From positions 6,964,325 through 7,028,324 of the forward strand of contig CM119267.1 in the NCBI GenBank assembly GCA_051294375.1: DNA of 64,000 bases, in the 5' to 3' direction. Positions 1 to 10,345 of the stretch are shown piece after piece. How positions within the stretch are numbered: position 1 is the first letter of the stretch; every line of letters begins with the position of its first letter. The translations under genes and the position numbers were made by a program. This DNA comes from Paraspadella gotoi. Its lineage: Eukaryota > Animalia > Chaetognatha. Under the pieces are notes generated by a model, which did not search any database, was not told the origin of the DNA, and saw nothing but the letters and a program-made list of their open reading frames with translations.

Positions 1-79
1 CATCAATCAATTTCCATGCTTGCCACCCAATGGATATTTTGGAATATTAAATTAGGGAATTATTATTTTTTTTTTTTAG

Positions 80-268
80 GGCCAAAGATAAGGGTTTAAG
101 GAAAGGATAAGAATTAGAATAAGGGATTAGGGTTAGGCATTAAAGATTAGGGATTAAGGGTTCAGAGATTTAAGGGTTAGGAATTAGGGGTTTGAGGTTA
201 AAGATTAAGGATTAATTGGGAATTAAAGGAATTAAAGGAAAATGGTGCTTTTGGAAGATGAGCCGAAT
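80..268. repeat. Degenerate TTAGGG-like repeat tract ending in a MITE-type terminus (same family as 63007-63215)
   Basis: Runs such as gattagggttagg and ttaagggttag. The end aaaatggtgcttttggaagatgagccgaa resembles the right TIR of the 63 kb element (aaaatgggccgcttttgaaaaacagggccgaa). Confidence 0.5.
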
Positions 269-635
269 AAATGAAGATGATCGATTTCTTGAAATCGGAA
301 AATATTGACATTTCTCAAGTTTAATTTAGTTAATTTAGTTTCATAGTGGCAACCAAAATAATCACTTTTTAAAATCAATTTCTTGTTTTGTATTTTTTGC
401 TTGACGTCATGGTAACTAACAATTAATTAGTTCTTTTCGATAATTATTTTACAGAAACGAAAATCTTTTCATTTTTACAAATTTTGATGACTGACCGCAT
501 ATTGTCAGTTTCGAGTCGGTTCACGTCGAACCGAGAGTATCAACGCACTTTCTTTCGACTTAAAAATTATCATAAATTCTTAATAATATTTATAAAAAAT
601 CTTTATAATTGTATTTATTAATGACTTTATCAAAT

Positions 636-676
636 TAACCAATTAACCAATTAACCAATTAACCAATTAACCAATT
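636..676. repeat. (AACCAATT)n 8-bp tandem repeat, about 5 copies
   Basis: Read directly from the sequence. Confidence 0.85.
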
Positions 677-1378
677 TTCATACTATTACTTAGATTAAGT
701 TTTTAATTAATATTTCTGTTATACTTCTGTAATACTTTTTGAAATTTCTGCTCCACCCGGTATTCGAGAGTCAAGGACGTCTTTTGTTTTTCTCTCGATG
801 CGTCCGGGTTCCGACAGATGTCGTCCAGATCCGGTGCATGTCACATCCAAGTCCCGAGAACTTTCGGGGTTTGGCAACTATGCAACTATCTACATCTCAG
901 TCCGCAAAGCTGACACCCGGCTTTGAATGTCTCCTGAAACAAAAAATGAGACTTGAACAAAACAAATACCTAAAACCGAACAACGCTGCAAGATAAAATA
1001 CATCAATAAAAACTGTTCTTAAAGTGCAAAGCGGCGGAATTTTTATATTTTTTCGCGGAAAAAAAAATTAACCTGGACATACGATTTTTATATGAAAAAA
1101 GTATTTTCACTTGTTACTTCGTGGATCTCGATATATACACATATATTTACAAACGATGTCAACTTCTTAACTAACAACTTGCAAAAAAACACCGATTCAA
1201 GATCGCCAGCGTTTGGATAATGTTTTTAATTCGAAATTAAAAACCAGGAATAAAAACCCGATTTGTCAAACAGTAATAAAAAAAAAANNNNNNNNNNNAA
1301 AACGCAAGCAAACAAGAAAAAAAAATTTATACTAATCATAGTAAGAAGAAAACAAAGCAAACAATAAACAGATTTAAG

Positions 1379-1597
1379 TCTCGTGGCTTCCAATCGCTCG
1401 TCCGCCAATCGACCTCGTTACCCCCCCCCTCAACCCCACCCTCAATCCCCAATGCCCCGTCGACGTCTCCCCGGCGACCACCTCCGATGAAATCTCTTCC
1501 AAGAAGCGACGCTGCTTCACCATCAATGACGAGGAGCCCGCGTTGCGGGTTCGTTACCTGGGGAACATCCTCACCACGATGACGAAGGTTGGTTTAG

Positions 1598-1688
<91 letters not shown>

Positions 1689-4360
1689 TGACTAGACTAA
1701 GTGGAAGACCCAGAGTGATCGGGAGCATGGATAGACTCTGACAGAGGCGGGAAGGACTGGGAAAGACCATGAGGGACAAGGAGAGACTGGGAGAGACTCG
1801 GAGAGACCGGGAGAGTCTGGGAGAGACCGAGAGAGACTGGGAAAGACAGAAAGATAGAAAGAGAGCTAGAGACGCACATTGACATACGCGTTCATCCCGA
1901 TTCACCAGGGCGAGGGATGCGTTGACAAGCCGGTGGACGCCCTGTGGAACAACTTTGTGAAGCACGGGAAGGAAGGTTCGAAGATGGAGCTGGTCGTGGG
2001 TCCCTACGGCCTTCGCGCCGTTGTGGTGGCGCCCGTCGAGCGGAAACCGACGGAGTACTTCGCCTCTCGTCTCGTCTTCTGCACCGTCAGCGCCAAGCAC
2101 CCGCGACTCTTCGTTTGGGTCTATCGTCACGACGCAAAGCGGAACAAGGTTTTTAACTTATTAGCTAATTGATTTTGTTGTGCGTTCTGTTTAGTTTAAT
2201 CCCTTGGAAGCGATTTACATGTATTGGCGCAGCCACTGGTAGATTATGTTGGGTTTACTGTTTTGTAATTTTGTACGCGAACGATGTTTGTTGTTGTGGC
2301 GACTGGTAAAGGCAATAATCGTTATTTTATTTTTAGATTTGTTTCTGGCTAATTCTCGATTAGTTTGAAATTAATAGATTTGATGGATTTATTGAGTTAA
2401 TGATTGATTGATTTATTTAATGATTGATTGGTTGATTGATGTAGTGTTTTTTGATTGATTTATTGATTGATTGATTGATTCTATTTCCCCCTCAAGATGG
2501 AACTTCGCTGTCACGCGGCCTTTTGCCGTCGACCGGACGACGCGACCCGGTTGAAGACTCGGCTCCAGGCGAACCTAACCCGGATCTTAAAAGAATACTA
2601 CAGGGACCAGAAAAGGCGGGAAACGGCAAGACTGAGCAGGTTGGTAAATACATAAACCATATCGAAATAGTAACATAGCTGGACCCTGCTAGCTTTCAAT
2701 CAAGACTCTCTCTCAGTCACGTTTATTCACTCTCAGCTTCCCTATCCATGAAATGCTATGAAATTGGTACGACCAATATAAAAATTATCCATTAATTTAA
2801 TAAATGAGCTATCTTGCCCCTGACTTTGGACAGGCTTTGGTGGTTTAAGGCCTCCATCACTCTTACAAGATAATGACATGGCAGGTCCCTGCAAGTTTTC
2901 AATCAAGTCTGTCTCACAGTCTCGTTTATTCGCTCCCAGAGTACCTGGCTTCCCTATCAATGAAGTGGTATAATATTTCAAAGAATGTTTCAATTGTATG
3001 AAAAGACCACTCCCTTAAGTATTAGATCGAGAAATACTTATTGTACTCCGCACTAGCATCAAAATACAAGGAGCTGAATTTTATGAAATTGGTACAACCA
3101 ATATAAAAATTATAAGTATAAGTAAATTATAAGTATGTTTCAATTGTATAAAATTGATCGTTTCATTGTAAAAGTTTTCCCGCCCGTCTTTCTAGATCTC
3201 CAACAGCGGGCCTCATGCCGACGCCGCTTCGCAAAAGGATCCTCACCATCGGTCACAAATACCGACCTCCCGCCAGCATGCAGAGAAACGCCCCGGGATT
3301 GGCGGCTATAAGAGAAGAGAGGGAAGAGAGAGAGGAAAGAGAAGAGAGAGAGGAAAGAAAGGAGAGAGTGGAGAAGGGAGAGGAAGGCTCCGAGAAGGGA
3401 TGGCCAGTGGTTCGGACAGAGGGAATGGAACTTGACGCGGTGTTGGAGGAGGAGGAGGATGAGGAAGAAGACGACAACGACGAAGAGCCGTCCTCGTTCT
3501 CCAACGGGGATTCCGAAATTTCTGCGTCGGCGTCGACGACTGGAAGGCGGAAACTTCGGTCCTCTTCGTCCGTCGTCGTAGAAAACGGAGAATCCTGCAT
3601 CATTTACGACGACGACGAAAGCGACGAAAGCGACGAAACTGACGACGAAAGCGACGACGAAATGGATGTTTTCGAATCGGATTCCGCGATTTGCGCGGAA
3701 CCTCAACCCGAACGAAATCAGAACCTCTCATCCGCCGAAGACGAAGACGACGACGACAAAAAGGACGAAGACGATGACTCGTCTTCCGACGACGAATCCA
3801 GCCGCGTCTTCTCTCGACACTTCTTTCAAAGAACGGGCTCTGGTCGACGATCCATTCCGCGGCGAAGATCCTCCTCCGAAATCCTTCGATCGTGGTCCAT
3901 GAGAACGAGATACGGAGAAACCGGGTTGGCAGCTGCGGATGCGGCTGCCGCGGCGACCGAGACGGCGACGGACGCTTCTTTAATGGACGCTGAGGCGGTA
4001 GAATCGGCAGCGCTGCTGGATGCGGGACAAGCAGCATCGAACTCTGCGGAGCGGGAGGCGGTCGTGGCGGAAACTGCTGCGCGAGGATCCCAGGATTCGC
4101 CGCCTCCGTCGGCGTCGTCGTCGTCTTCGTCCTCCTCCGCGTCTTCATCTTTCGACTCTGAAGGTTCGGCGAAGATAAGATCGTGCGACAGTCAGGACAG
4201 CGGCGTGGAAGGCGGCGGCGGCGGCGGCGGCGTCCGCAGAGACAACCCCTCAAACGGCTTGAGCCAGTACGCGAACAATCTCCAAGAGAAGTCAATCTCA
4301 GTTGAGCCCAGCTCAATCGCGAACATCGCGCTTCCAGTGATAAATGATGTAGATATTTAA
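1379..4360 (+). CDS. FAM43A: FAM43-family PTB/PID-domain protein with a long acidic/Ser-rich C-terminus; exons ~1379-1587, 1909-2148, 2497-2639, 3196-4360; start codon unresolved
   Basis: GT-AG junctions keep frame (phases 0,0,2). The spliced translation INDEEPALRVRYLGNILTTMTK|GEGCVDKPVDALW...KMELVVGPYGLR...RLVFCTVSAKHPRLFVWVYRHDAKRNK|MELRCHAAFC...PLRKRILTIGHKYRPP...APGLAAIREE matches FAM43A motifs as I recall them (YLGN, GDGC, FAWVYRHE, LRCHAV, PLRK, YKPP, APKL). There is no in-frame ATG after the stop at 1375-1377. Confidence 0.88.
1598..1865. repeat. (GA)n microsatellite followed by ~10-bp GGGAGAGACT-type repeats in FAM43 intron 1
   Basis: Read directly from the sequence. Confidence 0.85.
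2390..2480. repeat. (GATT)n microsatellite in FAM43 intron 2
   Basis: Read directly from the sequence. Confidence 0.85.
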
Positions 4361-5594
4361 TCCTTGTATCTTCGTACATTCCAGGATCGAATGGTTTTTA
4401 ATTTATTTCTCTCTTATTGATTTCATTTCGTACAAGTTTGAATTGGTATATCGGAAGAAATTGTTTTCTTAACCTCCGTTTTACTACAACGATACACTTG
4501 TTGATGCTTTATATGCTATACATAGCGTTTATATTCGTTCTCTTTACAATGATTTTCTTTACTTTTTATCTTTATTCACTCTGGAAATTAATGCGCTTAT
4601 ATAAGTAATTCTAGTCGACTAAATTAAAAGGGAAATCTTTTGTGAAAAAAAAATGCTCTGTTGCATTGATGATGGATGCTTGTGATTTAGAATACACGAC
4701 GTCGATTCGGCGTAAATTTTGAAGTTTTACATTCGATTGAAAGTCGAGAGAACTAAGGGATTTAAAATTTTGGGTTCTTTTTCAATAGTTTTGTAGATCG
4801 AGAAAAAAGCGAGATAAGTAGGACAATGGCATTTTGTTGAAAATCTTAGTCAGAAATTCACGTTTGCCGTTAGAGGTCGTCTCTTATTAAGTGTTCAATC
4901 ATCAAATGAACAACGCCCGACTAACGAAAAAACATTTGTTTTTTTTTAAAGTTGTATACGAAACATTATTTTTAATTTTAGAAATATCAATTTATATGTA
5001 AATAGTAATGCGTTAACATTGTACGGTCACTTATCATAAACAAAAGGATACATTATAAAAATAAAGTCAAAACCACTTTAAAAAGTTCTTCGCCCCTATA
5101 AGCACGGACCAAAGTCCAGAGATAACTGTCCCGAAATCTTGTCCCGCCAAAACAATTTTCTTTTTGAAAGTATTACCAAATAAAACATTTGATTCCGACT
5201 GCTTCTTCAAAACATCTTGACAATATGTAATGATTGAAGCGTTAAACTTAAAGGTAAATAAGATTGTATTGATAACTGAGCCAAACGCAATGTCACCGAG
5301 GAAAAAACGAAGTTTGTGTTTCTTCTTATTTTACAAACAACTTACCTTATTTGGTCAAGTTTTGTTTTTGCTATAGGACATACCTTTCCTTCAGAAATTC
5401 ACAGCGTAAATACTACTTACCAGAAGCAAATGCGCTAACTTTTATTTACGGTATAAGCAAACACTATAGCTTTTCTATAAATATAATATAAAATATACTC
5501 TTTAGGTTTCCCTTTCGATCGCTCGTAGTCGCCAACGATTAAAGTGTTTCACCAAAAAGTGAAAAGTGATCAAAACTTCATTTACTGATGGAGA

Positions 5595-6448
5595 CAATAT
5601 CTACATCGAGGAAAATGTGTTGTGGGGGGGAGGGTAAAAAAAATAAGTTTGGTGTTAAATTTGGTCAAAACCCTTTGTGCTACCCTCGACTAAAGGATGA
5701 AAAAGCATACCTTGAGCACCTTCTCGTCAATTGACTAAATACTATTGAGCCTAGCCAGGTCGAAATGATTTCATTAGTTGCACCACCCTTCAAGGATGAT
5801 GCTGTCATAATTTCACCTTTCTATCATCACGTCGGATCACGCTACTTCATATAGTGTATACGGGGGGATAGATAACAACTAGCTTTGAACCCCTAATCGC
5901 ATTTTATAATTATTTTTATACAGATTACCGAATCTTTTTGCATGCTCTTAAACTAACAACATAAAATCAGTCAGGAACAAACTCTTGGAATCTCGATTGT
6001 ATCTTTGTAGAAATCCGTATAAACAATATAATATAATATAACATAATATTATATAATATAACAATATAAACAATACTTCCTGTATAAAATATGACAAAAA
6101 TACAGCAGTGCTATAAAGTATATACCCCACGGTATAATCCTTTCTTTCATAGTGTTATAGAGATTTACAATGAATTTCATTTGGTTTGTTAACGACGATA
6201 TTTATATAATTATGCAATTTAGATCTCCCAGAAATATCACGCAAACCCCTTCAGGTTGAAAAAAGAGATATTTTTAAAGAACCAAGCAGTTATTCAGCCA
6301 GCACACTTATTAGATTAATCAAATTATATTTATTTATTTTATAACCCTAATACTTAATTGTTTGCTTTTGGTTCACATATGATGTAAAACGATAATGATT
6401 AGAAAAGATTTTAAATTAAATATATTTTCTAAAGTAGGATATTTTTGT

Positions 6449-6492
<44 letters not shown>

Positions 6493-6670
6493 ATGTGACT
6501 AGGCTCAATAGTCAATAGTATTTAGACAAATAACAAAAATGTGCTCATGGTATGTTTTTTCTTCCTTGAGCCGAGGGTAGCACGAAGAGTGTTGAACCAA
6601 ATTTAACACCAAGTAGTGCAAACTTATTTCTTTACCCCCAACATATTTTCCTAGACGTAAATAAAGATTG
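5595..6670. mobile_element. Long inverted repeat pair (~165-bp arms at ~5595-5757 and ~6497-6670); foldback/MITE-like element
   Basis: The reverse complement of the left arm (ctaggctcaatagtatttagtcaa...gtgctcaaggtatgctttttcatcctttagtcgagggtagcacaaagggttttgaccaaatttaacacc) matches the right arm (ctaggctcaata...gtgctcatggtatgttttttcttccttgagccgagggtagcacgaagagtgttgaaccaaatttaacacc). Confidence 0.6.
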
Positions 6671-6709
6671 GAACACTTGTCACATTTTGGTGAAATACCT
6701 TAGCCAACG

Positions 6710-8127
6710 ATGGCCCAAGTGGTCTTCACCTTTCCTCTTCTGGTGCTGATGGCCGTCAGTTGGAGCTACATCTATTTGCTGATTTCTCTCCTTGACGACT
6801 GCATCGACTGGATCTCCGTTCTGTGGACTCTCGCTCTGACCAACCTCGTTTCCACCTTTCCACTCGCGTTGCATTTCCGCCAATCGCCTCTGGGACCCGC
6901 GTCGTTGAAGGGATGTTGGAGAGTCCAGCTGGCGACCGTGGCGGCGTTGGAGGTGCTCTGTAAGGTGGGTCACGAACGACTGGAAAAGAATTTTCGGTCC
7001 ACAATTAGTTTTTAATGTTTACTTATAAGAAAAATAATTTTATTATTTTAAAACTCAGATTAGTAAATAGACGTATACCACAACTGAAGCTATATATTCA
7101 TTGAAGTCAAAATATGTTAAGAAAAAATATTAAAGTGTTTTTTTTTTATATCAAATTATGATACAGACTATGATCAAAAATGACAACAGAAAAAGAATAA
7201 AAAATAGCACAGCACATTGTTTATAATTATGCAGGCTTTAGTGGCTGAATACGTGCATTTTAAGGAATAGTTTTAAATTTAGAAAAGTTTTAAAGACTGC
7301 AGTTTTAAAAAAAAACATAGATAACCCCTCCCCGCAAGGTGTTGACGGTAGTGGCCGTAACCGGCGCTCCCGTCGGCGACGCCGTCACTCTCTGGAACCT
7401 CAGCGTCGTTTGGGCGACGATAATCCAATCTGCGCTCCGACGAAAAGCGCCGGGACGAATCCAAACCGGCGCTGTCGTCTTCACTCTCGCCGGCGTCGTA
7501 CTCATTCAAAAGCCGAGCTTCATTTTCGGCGTCGATTTCGGTGGCGAAGACGTCGCCTCGGCGTTCCCCGATCGTCAGTACTTTTATCTCATCGCCACCG
7601 GAATCTCCCTCCCCTACGCGGGCTACTTTGTCCTGACGGAGCAGCTCCAGCGGCGCGGCGTCCACTGGAGCGCTTTTTACCTCAACTACTCCGTGGCGGC
7701 GCTCTTCGTGGCCGGGGCGTGCACTATCGTCGAGCCGGAAAGGCAGCTGCGCATCGCGACCTCTCTCTCGACGCTGGATTTCGGTGGCGTCGCGCTCGTG
7801 GGCGTTTTCGACGTCGTAGGCCGCTGCTGCTTCGTTTTCGCGTTGCAGCATGTGGGCGCGGAAGTGGTGGCCGTCTTCTCGACCCTCGAAATCCCCGTCT
7901 CTTACATCTTAGCCTTCGCCATGTTGGGACAGCAACCGGACGCCGTTGGTCTCGTCGGCGCCGGATTGATCTTCGCGGCGCTGGTGGCGATGGCGGTGGA
8001 GGGGTTCTGGAAGAAGAGGGATGGGGAGGGGGTGCTGCGGAAGAGGGGGGCGGAAGGGGCGTTTAAGAATGGAGGGGTTGATGTGAAGACGAGGGAAATC
8101 GTCGACGAAAGGTCTTCGTTGTTGTGA
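6710..8127 (+). CDS. SLC35G1: SLC35G1-like EamA/DMT-superfamily transporter, paralog A; exons 6710-6964 and 7339-8127 (347 aa)
   Basis: Phase-0 intron (aag|gtgggt ... cgcaag|GTG) and many hydrophobic segments. Motifs PVGDAVTLWN, FTLAGVVLIQKPSFIFG and ALQHVGAEVVAVFSTLEIPVSYIL parallel SLC35G1 (LADATVI, GVILIVRPPFLFG, ALQIEKAGPVA). Confidence 0.85.
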
Positions 8128-8506
8128 TAAAAAGATTTAATGAAATTTTACTCGTTTACTGAATTTGACATGTGTTTTTTAAATCCTAGGGGGGGGGGAA
8201 ATCAAGGTCAAGTCGGTCAACATATCTGTTAACGTGACGTCACAGAGGCAAACCAGTTGAAACCGCTTTTCGGGCGAGCTCTTTAAAAACGTTTCATACG
8301 TCATATATCTGAATGTTTTTTGGCGTTGTTGACTGTCTTGAAATATATGAAAATTTCAAAATTATTTGTTTCACAATTTTAGGTCTTAGCTTTTATTATA
8401 CTCGATATAATTATTACAAATTATTATTATTATTATTAATATTATTACAAATTCTATATTTGTTATTAATTTTGGTTTTTGATAATCTAAACCTGAAAAA
8501 TATTAT

Positions 8507-9138
8507 TGAAGAGACAGTAAATTATTGATATGTGTTAATGACAGAACCGTTCAATGTAAGCAGTCCCTCTGAGCTTCGGATCAGGCTGTAACACCATGTT
8601 ACAGGCGGGTTAAGCGCCCCGTCCCTCTAAACTGCTAGGCGACCACCGGGCTAGAACCCCGGACCTTTGGGTTCGGAGGCGAATGACTTGCCTCCGGCAG
8701 CAATGGCCGCTGATGAACGGTTAGTGGATTTTTTAGTCCACCATACATCCCCCCTCCCGTAGGGAGAAGTCTGTTGCGTCTCTTCAGTGAATTGTTGTTG
8801 TTGGTGGAAAGTTTGTCACCAAGTTGAGGCATGTCGCCTGATGTGTTGTGGGTGGAAAGTGCATCGCCAGGTTGAGGCATGTCGCCTGAAAGTGTTGTTG
8901 TTGCTGTTGTGTTTGGAAGTCGGGCTCACCAATGAAGAGACAGTAATTATTGATATGTGTTAATGACAGAACCGTTCAATGTAAGCAGTCCCTGAGCTTC
9001 GGATCAGGCTGTAACACCATGTTACAGGCGGGTTAAGCGCCCCGTCCCTCTAAACTGCTAGGACGACCACCGGGCTAGAACCCGGACCTTTGGGTTGGGA
9101 GGCGAATGACTTGCCTCCGGCAGCAATGGCCGCTGATG
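8507..9138 (-). mobile_element. 1.5 tandem copies of a 426-bp structured repeat carrying a tRNA-derived (SINE-like) head
   Basis: 8507-8716 is repeated at 8933-9138. Minus-strand tRNA-like segments lie at 8639-8710 and 9063-9133, and there are many short hairpins. Confidence 0.65.
8639..8710 (-). pseudogene. tRNA(Val)-like sequence (degenerate tRNA or SINE head)
   Basis: 72 nt with acceptor stem GCGGCCA/TGGTCGC and T-arm CCGGG-GTTCTAG-CCCGG. The segment TTCGCCT...AAAGGTCC..GGTTC resembles eukaryotic tRNA-Val, but the D and anticodon arms are disrupted. Confidence 0.55.
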
Positions 9139-10345
9139 ATGATTTAGATAATCGATGTTCAACAGAAAAAGGTGCTCCGTTTTAACTGGTTCGTCCTTTA
9201 CGCAATAGGGTTCGATTCGACCTTCAACTCGACTTCACCTACAATTAGTTCGATCGAAAGGTTTGAAGTTGTTCGACGGGTCTTGACTCTTGAGAGATTA
9301 GGGTTTTAGAGATCACAAATCTTGAGTTACATTTTTAGTAATAACTTATTAAGCTAACTAGAGTGAAAACAAAATTAGGCTCTCTCTCTTCATATTTCAG
9401 GATATCTTTACATAAATTATATAGGGCTAAAAAGAAAATCATATTATGCAAACAGTACCCTGTACAGTTTACAGTGTAAAGTACAATGTACAGTGTACAT
9501 ATTCCATCTCGCGAGGAGGGCGCTATTTGCGTGAAACTTTATATAGTGCTCGCATTTCGGTCGCATTTTGATAGGTTCTCAACCTATTTTGTCAATAAAT
9601 ATTTTGTGTGAGATAATCAAGTCAAACGAGTTCCGAAACGGACTAGGATCGGGGACAAAAGACGTTGAACTCGAATCATCTAATCCCCTTCATGGCGTCT
9701 CATGAAAGCGAGATTCTTCAAATTTTCATACATTATTTGAATTTCACGCATATTAACGAATGCTTTTTTTTTTTATTTATTTTTATGATTTTTCATAAAA
9801 AAATTTTATAATCAAAAAAGAAAAACAAACAAAAACAACCGGGGTCCTGTGAGCTCTTTTTTTCTGCCGCAATCAGTTCAATTGTCCAAGTGTCCAGGGC
9901 GACACTTAATAATCTGGTTGTACGTTAATGATCTCGTCATGTTTTTTTTTAACACCTGTTTTAAACAAGAGTCCTAAAATATTTTGCATCGGAGACGTTT
10001 AACCTTCCCGGGTCTCTCCATAAGTCTCTGTGGGGATGTTATTCGTAAACAAAAGCCTTTTTAGTCGGATCTGCTTTCAGCAGATCCCGACTCAATAATT
10101 CACTTTGTCGGTCCGTCGGTCCGCCCCCTCAATATTTTCGGGCATTCACTTACATTATGTCAGAACATCGAATTATGATAAATTGTGCAAAAGACCAATT
10201 TGCGCTTTTTTTTTTCCATCCAAATCAAAAATATTCCAGAACTGAAACTGAAGCTGACGGCTCAAACCAATTTTTCGAATCGTCGCGTCTTTCAAAACCA
10301 CTTGAGTCTTGATATAGTAAACAAACTCGACATAAACAAACAAAC

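Noticed and set aside
80-240. Telomere or interstitial telomeric site
   Set aside because: The repeats are highly degenerate and end in a MITE-like terminus shared with 63007-63215.
8700-8800. Hammerhead ribozyme (CTGATGA at 8710; CTGAAGA on the minus strand at ~8787)
   Set aside because: I could not identify a stem II followed by GAAA, or a stem III/NUH site, in either polarity.
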